DNA of 64,000 nucleotides from Blastocystis sp. Blastoise (taxonomy: Eukaryota; Protista; Bigyra: Opalinata), in NCBI GenBank assembly GCA_039096225.1, contig JBBPEB010000002.1, positions 496,001 through 560,000 of the forward strand, read 5' to 3'. Position numbers and translations under genes: made by a program. A model generated the notes under the pieces. It did not search any database and was not told where the DNA came from. It was given only the letters and a program-made list of their open reading frames with translations. Each line of letters begins with the position of its first letter. The first letter of the stretch is position 1. Positions 54,944 through 64,000 of the stretch are shown piece after piece.

Positions 54944-56437
54944 ATGAGAATCTTAAGAATTAAAGATAATATTCCTATTCAAAGCAATACTGATATTCTA
55001 TCTAGTCCTTATATCTTTCAATATCATTGGACTAATGTGGATAATACTTATATCAATTTCAATCAATCATATTTGGATCTTACTGTCAAGGCAACTGTCA
55101 CAGATAAAGCTGGACCAGTTTCTGTTTATTTAGATGAAACAGGTACTTCTGCTAGTTTCACCTATGATCAATTATGTCAATATTTCTTGGATCAATTAGT
55201 TCAGAAAGCTAATATTTATTCTATTATTGATACTACTGATGTTGAAATGGTTTATACATTACCTGATGGATCTGATCGTGCTTTAAAATATGAAGAAAAC
55301 TGTACACATGCTTCACGTGGTCGTAAAATGATATTATTAAAAGATATTAGTAAAAATGATTTAGAAAAATCTATGTATGGTGAAGATTTATCTGCAGATA
55401 CTTATGAATTGAATTCTATTCGTTATATACGTGCACATCCAGATGAATCTATTCATATTGCTATTCCTTTATATCTTATTAGTGGTTTAGGTGTTGATGG
55501 AGATTCTTTAATATTAACTAAACATTTCAATATGTTATTTAGAACTAGTACTATTGAATCATTAATTGATAATAAAATGAGTATTTATTTCAAGAATGGT
55601 ACTGCTACCAAAACTACCGAATGGTTACATTTAGATGATGAAAATTGGTTTAGTACATTTAAGATTGAATCAGCTACTATGAATTTAATGACTTATAAAG
55701 ATATTCAGTTCCAATCGAATGAATTATATAAAACTATACCTACATGTATTCAAGTTGATTATCAAAATACAAGATTAACTACTAATCATTTCAATATCAA
55801 TAGAGCTTTACCATTTATACCTGAATATATATTATTTTGGTTTACAAATGGTTATAGTTCAACAACTATTAGTAATATAGCTAGTCCAAATGTATGGCCA
55901 ACATATCAAAGTTGTTTGATTGGTGATGTTCAAATGTTCCCTCAAACTGAATTCCCTACTCAAATGTATTATCATAATCTTACTACAAAAGGTCATGTCT
56001 TCAATAATGCAGAAACTACTAGTTTATCTTGTCCTAATAAGAATTTATATTGTTTATGGGCTGATAATTCAAATCCTGAAACTATTCTTAAATATGATGA
56101 ATGGATTAAACATCCTATTTATATTATTCCAACAAAATCATTAATGAATATCCAATCAGATAGTGGTATTGAATTGAATTTCGATTGTAATGTTGATGTT
56201 CATGATGTTAAATATGAACATATTGATTCATCCACTGTTCCTGATGGACAAACGTGTCAATGGAAAAGTTACGTTGATCCAACAGATAAAAAGACAAAAT
56301 ATCACTGGGAAGCTGATACTGCCTCTTATAAGGTAGCTTCTCATGCTGGTATTTATAAACATACTACTACTGATCTAAGTGATAGTTCTCCTTATACCTT
56401 ACATATGATTGCTGTACGTAGTGTGCGTGATATTTAA
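54944..56437 (+). CDS. Putative major capsid protein 1
   Basis: 497 aa; ortholog of 12595 (HASRGRKMI, FPQTEFPT, EWIKHPIY, RS.RDI). Confidence 0.65.
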   Translation: MRILRIKDNIPIQSNTDILSSPYIFQYHWTNVDNTYINFNQSYLDLTVKATVTDKAGPVSVYLDETGTSASFTYDQLCQYFLDQLVQKANIYSIIDTTDVEMVYTLPDGSDRALKYEENCTHASRGRKMILLKDISKNDLEKSMYGEDLSADTYELNSIRYIRAHPDESIHIAIPLYLISGLGVDGDSLILTKHFNMLFRTSTIESLIDNKMSIYFKNGTATKTTEWLHLDDENWFSTFKIESATMNLMTYKDIQFQSNELYKTIPTCIQVDYQNTRLTTNHFNINRALPFIPEYILFWFTNGYSSTTISNIASPNVWPTYQSCLIGDVQMFPQTEFPTQMYYHNLTTKGHVFNNAETTSLSCPNKNLYCLWADNSNPETILKYDEWIKHPIYIIPTKSLMNIQSDSGIELNFDCNVDVHDVKYEHIDSSTVPDGQTCQWKSYVDPTDKKTKYHWEADTASYKVASHAGIYKHTTTDLSDSSPYTLHMIAVRSVRDI

Positions 56438-56614
56438 ATTTAATATTTCTTACTTACTATTCTTAACGTTAACTTGTTTAATTAATTCTATTCTATTCTA
56501 TAATACAATCATTTGTTTTGTTATAAAAATTAAAATTAATTAATAATTATAAAATATTATTATTATTTATTTTTATTTTGTTAAAAAAAATATATATAAA
56601 CAATAATTATTAAC

Positions 56615-57838
56615 ATGGAAGGATTCCCAAGACAATTCTTACCTTCAAAGGCAAATCAAACTATTAAACCTGTACAAATTCCTATTCTAGTTTCTACAAG
56701 TCAAGATTTATTAAATCAACCTTATCCATTTGAATTCTTATATAATTCAGTGGATAGCCCTTATATTGATTTCAGTAATTCATTCTTAGAACTGAATTTC
56801 AATATTACTGGTACTAGAGACAAAAATTCAACATCTTCAGTTGTACAACATTCTAATATCTATAGTATTATTGATAAAATTACTACAGATCTTACGTTTG
56901 TATCTCCTACTGGTCAAGATATTCTTATTAATTATTCTGAATCTTCTATTGAATCCAGTAAAGCAAGAAAATTTGTTACTATTAAAGAATTAAGTAAAGA
57001 TGAAATTGATAAATCTATGTATAGTATGACAGAATGCTTATATAATAACACGTTGAGTAGTATTGCTGGAATGGAAATGAAAGAAAAAGCTCAAGTTATT
57101 ATTCCTTTATCTCTTATTACTGGTCTTGGTACATTTGATTGTGCTATTAAAGTAAAATCTTTGAAGATGCAATTCGTTACAAATTATTTAAAGAATCTAT
57201 TTACCGGTACCACTGTAATCACTGCATTGAAATTTGATCGTGTTTATATTCATCTTCAACAAATCTATGATATTAATTTTGGTAATGATCCACGTGCTTT
57301 GATTAAATGTATTCCTAATAATTGTCAGATATCTGCATTCACTACACCTGTTTATTCACAAGCATCAGTATCAGGTACACCAACTCCACAACAATTCTTA
57401 TCCAATAGAAGTGTTGTTTTCGTACCTGATTATTGTATGTTATACTTCACAAATCAAGAGAAGAGCATGATTCCTATTAAAACTGAATTATTAAAATCAT
57501 GTCAATTCCAAATTGGTGGTCAAAATATCTTACCAAAGACGGATTTCCCTACTACGTATAAAACAACGAATCCATCACAAATTATCCCTAATGCTATGCT
57601 TTATAATACTTGGAGATGTAATAGTCATCCTCAATCTCCTTTAAATGGTGAAAAGTGGTATGAACAACCTATTTATATATTCCCTATTTCAAGTGTTGTT
57701 GATGTCAATACGCGTAGTGGTTGTGAAGTTAATATCTCATTATTAACTGAATATACTGGTGGAACTGTTACTGGTCCTTATACTTTATATGCTCATTTTA
57801 TATTTGTTAAATTTGTTAGAGATGGTGCTACCAATTAA
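56615..57838 (+). CDS. Putative major capsid protein 2
   Basis: 407 aa; ortholog of 14183 (YNSVDSPYIDFSNS, CIPNNCQ, GEKWYEQP, FVKF.R.GA.N). Confidence 0.65.
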   Translation: MEGFPRQFLPSKANQTIKPVQIPILVSTSQDLLNQPYPFEFLYNSVDSPYIDFSNSFLELNFNITGTRDKNSTSSVVQHSNIYSIIDKITTDLTFVSPTGQDILINYSESSIESSKARKFVTIKELSKDEIDKSMYSMTECLYNNTLSSIAGMEMKEKAQVIIPLSLITGLGTFDCAIKVKSLKMQFVTNYLKNLFTGTTVITALKFDRVYIHLQQIYDINFGNDPRALIKCIPNNCQISAFTTPVYSQASVSGTPTPQQFLSNRSVVFVPDYCMLYFTNQEKSMIPIKTELLKSCQFQIGGQNILPKTDFPTTYKTTNPSQIIPNAMLYNTWRCNSHPQSPLNGEKWYEQPIYIFPISSVVDVNTRSGCEVNISLLTEYTGGTVTGPYTLYAHFIFVKFVRDGATN

Positions 57839-57935
57839 TTTATTTATTTGATATTTTTATTATTTGTATCAACTTTATATTATTCTAAAAAATATTGTTT
57901 TGTTTATAATTTCATAATTAATTCATTTAATAAAA

Positions 57936-58616
57936 ATGACATCAATATCTCATCTAAGTAAAATTACAAGTCAAATCTGTCATGAACAATTCAATTATAC
58001 TTTGGATTTAGTAGGTAAAAATATTACTCATATCAATACATTAGTGAATACAAGTGATATCATTAATATTCCTGAATTTCTTTTGTATGATACCGCATCT
58101 GTCCCATTTCAAAAATATACATTTCCAGCTGGTAACTATTCATTGGAAGAATTCTTAGAAAAAATTGTTGAAATTGGAAAAAATATGAAATCATTAGTAG
58201 ATGGAAAGACTTGTGCTTATTATTATGATAAAGAAACAAAAACATTTGGAACATATGCTCAACACAGAATAGATGAATCTAAAATATTGTTTGATTTGTT
58301 AGGTATTAAAACCTATTATTGGGATTATACTAGCCAACCTATCGTTTTTACTGATGATTATATATCCAAGAATATTTCATGGTATAAGATCTATATGTTA
58401 CGTGTGTATTGTGATATTATTAATAAAGATAATGATTTGATTTCTATTCCTTTATATGCTAAACAAGGATTTGATAATACATTTGCTTTAAGTGATTTAT
58501 CTATTCCATGTATTGATGGTAAATATACAGATATCCAATGGGAAGTATATGATCAATTAAATAATCCAATTGATTTATCAAATACAAATCTTTATATATA
58601 CTTTACAGCATCTTAA
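57936..58616 (+). CDS. Penton/minor capsid protein
   Basis: FPAGNYSLEE, DLLG, RVYCDII, VYDQLNNPID: Polinton-type penton pattern, between MCPs and ATPase. Confidence 0.7.
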   Translation: MTSISHLSKITSQICHEQFNYTLDLVGKNITHINTLVNTSDIINIPEFLLYDTASVPFQKYTFPAGNYSLEEFLEKIVEIGKNMKSLVDGKTCAYYYDKETKTFGTYAQHRIDESKILFDLLGIKTYYWDYTSQPIVFTDDYISKNISWYKIYMLRVYCDIINKDNDLISIPLYAKQGFDNTFALSDLSIPCIDGKYTDIQWEVYDQLNNPIDLSNTNLYIYFTAS

Positions 58617-58687
58617 TAAAATCATTTATTTATCATTAACTTATCATTAATTATTTTTTTTTGTTTTGTTGATAAAAATCATATAAA

Positions 58688-59725
58688 ATGGTGAATAAAA
58701 TAAATCCATTAAAAGAAACACGTAAAGGATGTGGAGTTTTAGAATTTAAATATGGAAAATCTCATCATAAAACATATGAATCGAAATTCATATTGATTAT
58801 TGCAAGAACATTCTCAGGTAAATCATTCTTAACTGTGAATCTATTATGTTCTATGGATCTTAAAAATAAATATAAACAAGTCACAGTTATTTGTCCTGAT
58901 GCATCCAATAAGAATGAATGTTATACATCCTTTCAAGATATTTGTGAACATGCTGGAATTGATTATAAATGGTATGATTCTGTTGATGATAAATTTAAAA
59001 AGATTAAGACTATTGATGAATTAGTCAATACATATAAATTACCAGAACATAATTTTATTGTATTGGATGATATCTATCCATTATCTAGACAAACCAAACA
59101 ATTGATTGTATCTATATTATCTAAAGGTCGTCATTATAAACAGAATGCTATTATATGTCTTCAAAGTCATACAGATGTTACCAATCAATCTATATTAAGT
59201 CAAGTATCTCATTTCTTTATTAATAGTCAAATCTTAAAACGTGATCCTGGATTCTTACCAGATAAATTAAAGATTATGCCATCAAATCTAAATGAAATTC
59301 TTACAGATGAAGAATTAATGAATGATCCACATCAATTCTTTATGTTAAAACAAGGTAGTGATGATTTAACGATATGGACAAATCCTGATTGTGGTAGTAA
59401 ACAGAATGTATATAAGATGGTAAAGAAAAGGAAATGGACAGAAGAAGATAGTGAAAAAGAGAAACGAGAAGAACAAGGTGAAGTATCAGGTAGTGGTATT
59501 AAACGTCCTAATGAACATATATCTACATATGAAAAGAAAATGAAGAAGTTTTTACCTGTTGAAGAAGAAGTCTCATTGAAAGGTATTGAACGAGATGAAA
59601 AAGATAAACCTAAAGAATCCATCTTACAAATCATACAAGATCAAATCATACAAGATAGTCAACGACGCATTTTTAATCCTTATTTAAATAAAAAACATTA
59701 TTCTGGTTATCCATCTTTTCATTAA
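58688..59725 (+). CDS. A32/FtsK-type genome packaging ATPase
   Basis: IARTFSGKS (Walker A), FIVLDD (Walker B), KGRHY..IICLQ (Arg finger and sensor). Confidence 0.9.
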   Translation: MVNKINPLKETRKGCGVLEFKYGKSHHKTYESKFILIIARTFSGKSFLTVNLLCSMDLKNKYKQVTVICPDASNKNECYTSFQDICEHAGIDYKWYDSVDDKFKKIKTIDELVNTYKLPEHNFIVLDDIYPLSRQTKQLIVSILSKGRHYKQNAIICLQSHTDVTNQSILSQVSHFFINSQILKRDPGFLPDKLKIMPSNLNEILTDEELMNDPHQFFMLKQGSDDLTIWTNPDCGSKQNVYKMVKKRKWTEEDSEKEKREEQGEVSGSGIKRPNEHISTYEKKMKKFLPVEEEVSLKGIERDEKDKPKESILQIIQDQIIQDSQRRIFNPYLNKKHYSGYPSFH

Positions 59726-59780
59726 TTTTTTTTAATATTTTAATTTGTCATATAAACCATAATTATTTTATTGTTTTGTT

Positions 59781-60806
59781 ATGAGTTCAATTACAAAAAG
59801 ATATTTAAAACAAAATTGTGATCCACGATTATTTGGAGGATCACCACCAAAATCAAATCGACGTGATCTTTATCATAAACGTTATGTAAGATATGGAGGA
59901 ACTGGTTTTGAAGAAATTGTTAGACAACAAACTAGAGATGCTGATTGGGCTGACTTTAAAAATGGTGTCTATACTGCATTACCTATTTTAGGTACATTAG
60001 GAGCATTTGCTGGATATAATTATTATCAGAAACGTAAAGAACAAAAACGTCAAGAAAAAGCAAAAGAAGAAAAGAAAAGACAATTTGAAGAACATATTGA
60101 AGATGCTAATAGAGATGATGAATTATATAACGATGATGCTACTTATCAACCAAAGAGAATAACAAGAAAAATGATGACTGATGATGATAAAGATTTTGAT
60201 AATAATGTTGTTGATGAAGATGATTATGGTCAAGGTACTCATAGAAGGCATCAGAAACATCGTAAAGAACATGGGAGTCACCGAGAAAAAGAAAAGAAAA
60301 CAAGTAAATTCGTAACTCCTCAAATAAGAATTATTGCTAAGAAGGCTATTCGTTCTAGTAATGTAAAGTCTAATAAGAAGAAATTACAAGATATTAAAGA
60401 ACGATTACCTAAAAATGATGAGCATGTGTCTGTACGTGATATTGTTAATGTCGTTATCGATAAAGAATATCCTATGGATCCAAAACAAAAGCATTCTATT
60501 ATTGCGAATACTGCTATTAAAACTATTAAAACGATTGTTCCTATTGTAGTGAATGCATTAAAATACTATTATCCTTCTCTTGGTATCCCTATTGATTTCG
60601 CTTATAATATGATTACTACTGATGATGATAAGAAACGTAAAGAAACTGCTGATAACTATTTTAAAAATCCTAGTGGAAGTGGTGTTACAAAAGAGAATGC
60701 TGAACGTTGTGGTGGTGCACTTGTCAACTCTACATCCTTTGATACTACTACTAATCTAATTATTAATCTTGTTCAATTCTTCTTAAAAAAATTCCATTTA
60801 AATTAA
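59781..60806 (+). CDS. Conserved hypothetical protein with one hydrophobic segment and GG motifs
   Basis: 341 aa; ALPILGTLGAFAGY; homolog of 17074-17868. Confidence 0.7.
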   Translation: MSSITKRYLKQNCDPRLFGGSPPKSNRRDLYHKRYVRYGGTGFEEIVRQQTRDADWADFKNGVYTALPILGTLGAFAGYNYYQKRKEQKRQEKAKEEKKRQFEEHIEDANRDDELYNDDATYQPKRITRKMMTDDDKDFDNNVVDEDDYGQGTHRRHQKHRKEHGSHREKEKKTSKFVTPQIRIIAKKAIRSSNVKSNKKKLQDIKERLPKNDEHVSVRDIVNVVIDKEYPMDPKQKHSIIANTAIKTIKTIVPIVVNALKYYYPSLGIPIDFAYNMITTDDDKKRKETADNYFKNPSGSGVTKENAERCGGALVNSTSFDTTTNLIINLVQFFLKKFHLN

Positions 60807-60882
60807 TTATTTTAACTTTTATTATTTCATAATTAATTATTTGTTTTGTTATATAATTATTTTAAAATTAATACAATAAATA

Positions 60883-62061
60883 ATGCAAAGTAATTTAGGA
60901 GATAGTGTAACTCTCTATGATATTTTATCAAGAAATCAGAAAAAACAATCTTGGGATCCATGGTTACCGAATTCATATATTTGTCAAGATGAACAACCTG
61001 TACAACCTTTAGCACATGATCCTAATGCACAAGGATCTATGTATAGCTCAATGGCAGTTCAAGCATTAAGAAATCATGGTCAATCAACTGAAGATATGTT
61101 TATAGCTACTATGAATTCAGCTAAAGCTAATGGAGATACTGCAAGATACTCATCTATGTTATCTCAATGGCAAACTAATTATGGTGTACCTACTACCAGT
61201 AAGATATGGTATGATGCTAGTAATCCTAATAATTATCAATATGAAACGTTATTATCTTCAATAAAAGGCTTAAATGGATTGAATTCAGAAGCATATAAAC
61301 AGAATAAAGAGAATTATGAATTCTATTCAAATGCTCAAAAAGATATGTATGATCAATTAAACAATATTTCATATCAAATTAAAACAAATAATGATGACAT
61401 TCATGCTGAAGCAGCATCAATGAAACAAAATATGACTAATAATTATGAAAATCTACATAAAGATAACGAATATTTGAACTCAAAGATGGATACAAATGAA
61501 AATAATCGTCAATCAGATAATAATATTACAAACTCTAAAATGGATACATATGAAAATAATCGTAAAAAAGATGTTAACAATACAAATTCGAAGATGGATA
61601 AATATGAAAATAATCGTCATCAAGACTACAACAATACACAATCTAGAATGGATAAATATGAAAAGAATCGTCAAAATGATACTAATAAAACAAACGCTAA
61701 GATGGATGAATATGAAAGTAACCGTAAAAAAGATGCCAAAGCATTTGAAGATAAGATGGATGAACAAGGTATGCATTATGATATTGTTGAAAGTGGCATA
61801 CCATTCACAATTTATGTTAATGGTAAGAACTCAAAAGTAATATGTAATCAGCCAGAGTTTAAGGATCAGGTATTCCTTCTTAAAGATGAAAAGATTTATG
61901 TCAGATCAGCTGAAAAGTCAGGTTATATATATAAAAAGTACGGAACAATGCCACTTGATGAATTCATTAGCAAATATAATGAAGGCTTATTTAATGAAAA
62001 TAAGGCACTTCCTGATAAAGAACATAGTGGATTAAGAAATCATCAAAACGATGAAACTTAA
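60883..62061 (+). CDS. Hypothetical protein with 18-aa tandem repeats
   Basis: NSKMD.YENNR..D.N.T x5-6; N-terminus shared with 17903. Confidence 0.75.
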   Translation: MQSNLGDSVTLYDILSRNQKKQSWDPWLPNSYICQDEQPVQPLAHDPNAQGSMYSSMAVQALRNHGQSTEDMFIATMNSAKANGDTARYSSMLSQWQTNYGVPTTSKIWYDASNPNNYQYETLLSSIKGLNGLNSEAYKQNKENYEFYSNAQKDMYDQLNNISYQIKTNNDDIHAEAASMKQNMTNNYENLHKDNEYLNSKMDTNENNRQSDNNITNSKMDTYENNRKKDVNNTNSKMDKYENNRHQDYNNTQSRMDKYEKNRQNDTNKTNAKMDEYESNRKKDAKAFEDKMDEQGMHYDIVESGIPFTIYVNGKNSKVICNQPEFKDQVFLLKDEKIYVRSAEKSGYIYKKYGTMPLDEFISKYNEGLFNENKALPDKEHSGLRNHQNDET

Positions 62062-62183
62062 TAGACTATATTATATTTACTTATTTATGCAATATTATGT
62101 TTGCCATTTAAGTTATAATTTTGTTAATATATATTTATTTTTTTGTTTTGTTTTAAAATTCATAATTATTTTATTAAACTAAA

Positions 62184-63674
62184 ATGATACAAAGTGCTCG
62201 TTTAAATGTTTCAAATAAAGGATTAGTAGGCGTAAATCATCGTGCTACTGGTCATGAATATCGAAATTATATTGTTCCAGGATCTATTCCTGATGGAGAA
62301 GAACGTTATCCAATTAATTATTCTATTGCTCCAAATTCATTATATGCTGTTAAGAAAATTGAAAGTAATATGGTCAATAGAGCAACATCCAATCCATTTT
62401 TCTCCTATTTATCAGAAACCAGACAAGATATTATACAAAGTTCATTAGAAGAATCGGAAGAAACTGAACCAATAGATGAAGGATCTGGGTTATTACCTGA
62501 TGGTAGAATTCCAAAGAATTTTACAAGAAAACTCATTTATGCTCATGATTATGTTTTACCTTATATGAAACAAAATCATATGTCTGACTATGCTAAATAT
62601 TCAAGATTATTAAATCCTCGTACAATTGATAGTGCAATTGATTTTACTAAAAGAGATCGTGATGGTTATTTATATTCTAGAGGTGGTAATTTATTTTCTA
62701 ATATTTATCACACTGTGAGTGATGTATATAATGTGTCTGATAAATTAACTGGAGGTATTAATAACATCACTCATGGAATAAGTAATGCTGTTGATTATGG
62801 TGCAAATAAATTCAAAGATCTCAAGAATTGGTGGAGAGATATTAATGTTGATCCACAAGAAGGATTCAATGATATTAAAGGAAAACTTGTAAGTGATAGA
62901 AACAATTTATATGATAATTGGAAATTAACTGATGATAATGAAGCTAAGAAAAATAATAAAATATTAGCTGATAACTATTTCAGATTTGCTCATATGTCAG
63001 GTAATGATACTAAAGAACAAAGACTTAACAAAAAGGTATCTTTAGATAATCAAGCAACAACATTTCATAAAAATTATATTCCATATGCAGAAAACCCAAC
63101 ATTTGTTAATAAAGTTGTTAATACTGCAACAAATGTATCAAAACCTGTGTATAATGGCGTTAAGAAAGTTGCAAACTCTATTGTTAGTGGTACAAAGAAC
63201 GCGTTTAATAGTTTTTCTAATTGGTGGTATGGTAAAAATCCAGAGGAAGAAATACCGCAAACAGAAAATCCAATAGAAACAAATAATAATGTTATATCAA
63301 CTCCTTCATCTACCCCTGATACTCTAACACAAGAAAATATTCATAATATTACTATAGAAGATTCAAATCCTCCAAATCTAATTCCTCTTATAAATGATCC
63401 TACTGTTCCTTTACCTGATACTGTTCCTATGTCTCAAGCAATCACGAATAATTTCACTCCAAATATTACACCTGTAGCCCCTATTCCTAATCCAGTAGAA
63501 AATGTCACTCTTGAAAATAATAATAAAAGAAACAAAGAAGAAGATGATGAATTTCAATCATTTGATGAAGATGATGGTGAGGTATTTTATGATCTCGAAG
63601 AAGGTAATGGATTACGTAGAAAAAGACGTATTTCAAAAAATAAAAAATTAAGAAATAAACGTAGAAAACATTAG
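62184..63674 (+). CDS. Putative core precursor 2
   Basis: GVNHRATGHEYRNY, SRGG, basic tail GNGLRRKRR; ortholog of 18196. Confidence 0.65.
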   Translation: MIQSARLNVSNKGLVGVNHRATGHEYRNYIVPGSIPDGEERYPINYSIAPNSLYAVKKIESNMVNRATSNPFFSYLSETRQDIIQSSLEESEETEPIDEGSGLLPDGRIPKNFTRKLIYAHDYVLPYMKQNHMSDYAKYSRLLNPRTIDSAIDFTKRDRDGYLYSRGGNLFSNIYHTVSDVYNVSDKLTGGINNITHGISNAVDYGANKFKDLKNWWRDINVDPQEGFNDIKGKLVSDRNNLYDNWKLTDDNEAKKNNKILADNYFRFAHMSGNDTKEQRLNKKVSLDNQATTFHKNYIPYAENPTFVNKVVNTATNVSKPVYNGVKKVANSIVSGTKNAFNSFSNWWYGKNPEEEIPQTENPIETNNNVISTPSSTPDTLTQENIHNITIEDSNPPNLIPLINDPTVPLPDTVPMSQAITNNFTPNITPVAPIPNPVENVTLENNNKRNKEEDDEFQSFDEDDGEVFYDLEEGNGLRRKRRISKNKKLRNKRRKH

Positions 63675-63748
63675 TTAATATTAATTTGTTTTATTTATTA
63701 TTATTTTTAAAAACTAAACAATTTGTTTTGTTATTTATAAAAATTAAT

Positions 63749-63916
63749 TTAAAAATTAATATAATTCTTGATATAATCTTCATATTCATCTTCACTTTCA
63801 GTTTTAATAGTATCCACTTCAGAATCACTATCACTTAATTCATCAACTTCAAAGTTTCCATAAGGTTTCCAAGTACCTTGTTTATAATCTGGAGCAAATT
63901 GCTTTGGAGAATCCAT
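63749..63916 (-). CDS. Small acidic protein, 55 aa (absent from ORF track)
   Basis: MDSPKQFAPDYKQGTWKPYGNFEVDELSDSDSE...; HSE array upstream; same slot as the small minus gene of element 1. Confidence 0.55.
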   Translation of the reverse strand: MDSPKQFAPDYKQGTWKPYGNFEVDELSDSDSEVDTIKTESEDEYEDYIKNYINF

Positions 63917-63962
63917 AATATATAGTATAAAAATAGAAAAAATTCACAATACAATTTTATTG

Positions 63963-63990
63963 TTCTAGAATGTTCTAGAATGTTCTCGAA
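63963..63990. promoter_or_regulatory. Heat-shock-element array
   Basis: TTCtaGAAtgTTCtaGAAtgTTCtcGAA. Confidence 0.72.
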
Positions 63991-64000
63991 AATTTTTAGT

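Larger units (their letters stand above)
40050..64000. mobile_element. Endogenous Polinton-like virus element 2 (ORFs intact, continues past window end)
   Basis: Same gene order and orientation as element 1; left boundary approximate. Confidence 0.85.

Noticed and set aside
4454-63276. Short antisense or alternate-frame ORFs inside long genes (e.g. 4454, 6993, 19689, 21463, 40926, 42701, 59332, 61496)
   Set aside because: Shadow ORFs, not conserved between the two elements.

Overview
Very AT-rich eukaryotic DNA (short GT-AG introns, a Pol III tRNA, eukaryotic transposons); the host is not identifiable, but a strand-specific TGTTTTGTT 3' signal resembles the Blastocystis TGTTTGTT motif. The window holds two diverged but syntenic endogenous Polinton-like virus (PLV)-type elements. 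Element 1 (~1-24502) has terminal inverted repeats and is decaying. Element 2 (~40050 to beyond 64000) has intact ORFs. Both carry two tyrosine recombinases, a D5-like (primase-)helicase, two tandem putative major capsid proteins, two penton-like proteins, an A32-type packaging ATPase, two paralogous Gly/Lys/Arg-rich core-like proteins and an adenain-like protease; no DNA polymerase or DDE integrase is visible. Between them lie a tRNA-Asn, pogo-like and MULE relics, hAT and CACTA MITEs, two GC-rich foldbacks and a 6.1-kb Helitron. Best new signals: (1) in both elements the protease has no own ATG and sits in the -1 frame behind an A_AAA_AAC heptamer followed by a covarying long-range 11-bp stem, suggesting a Gag-Pro-like programmed frameshift; (2) element 2 has heat-shock-element arrays in front of its replication/recombination genes but not its virion genes, suggesting a stress-inducible provirus; (3) GATC avoidance only in the Dam-encoding element; (4) a ~116-bp foldback family with conserved ends and structure but unrelated interiors. 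All protein calls are from motif recognition by eye, not database searches.
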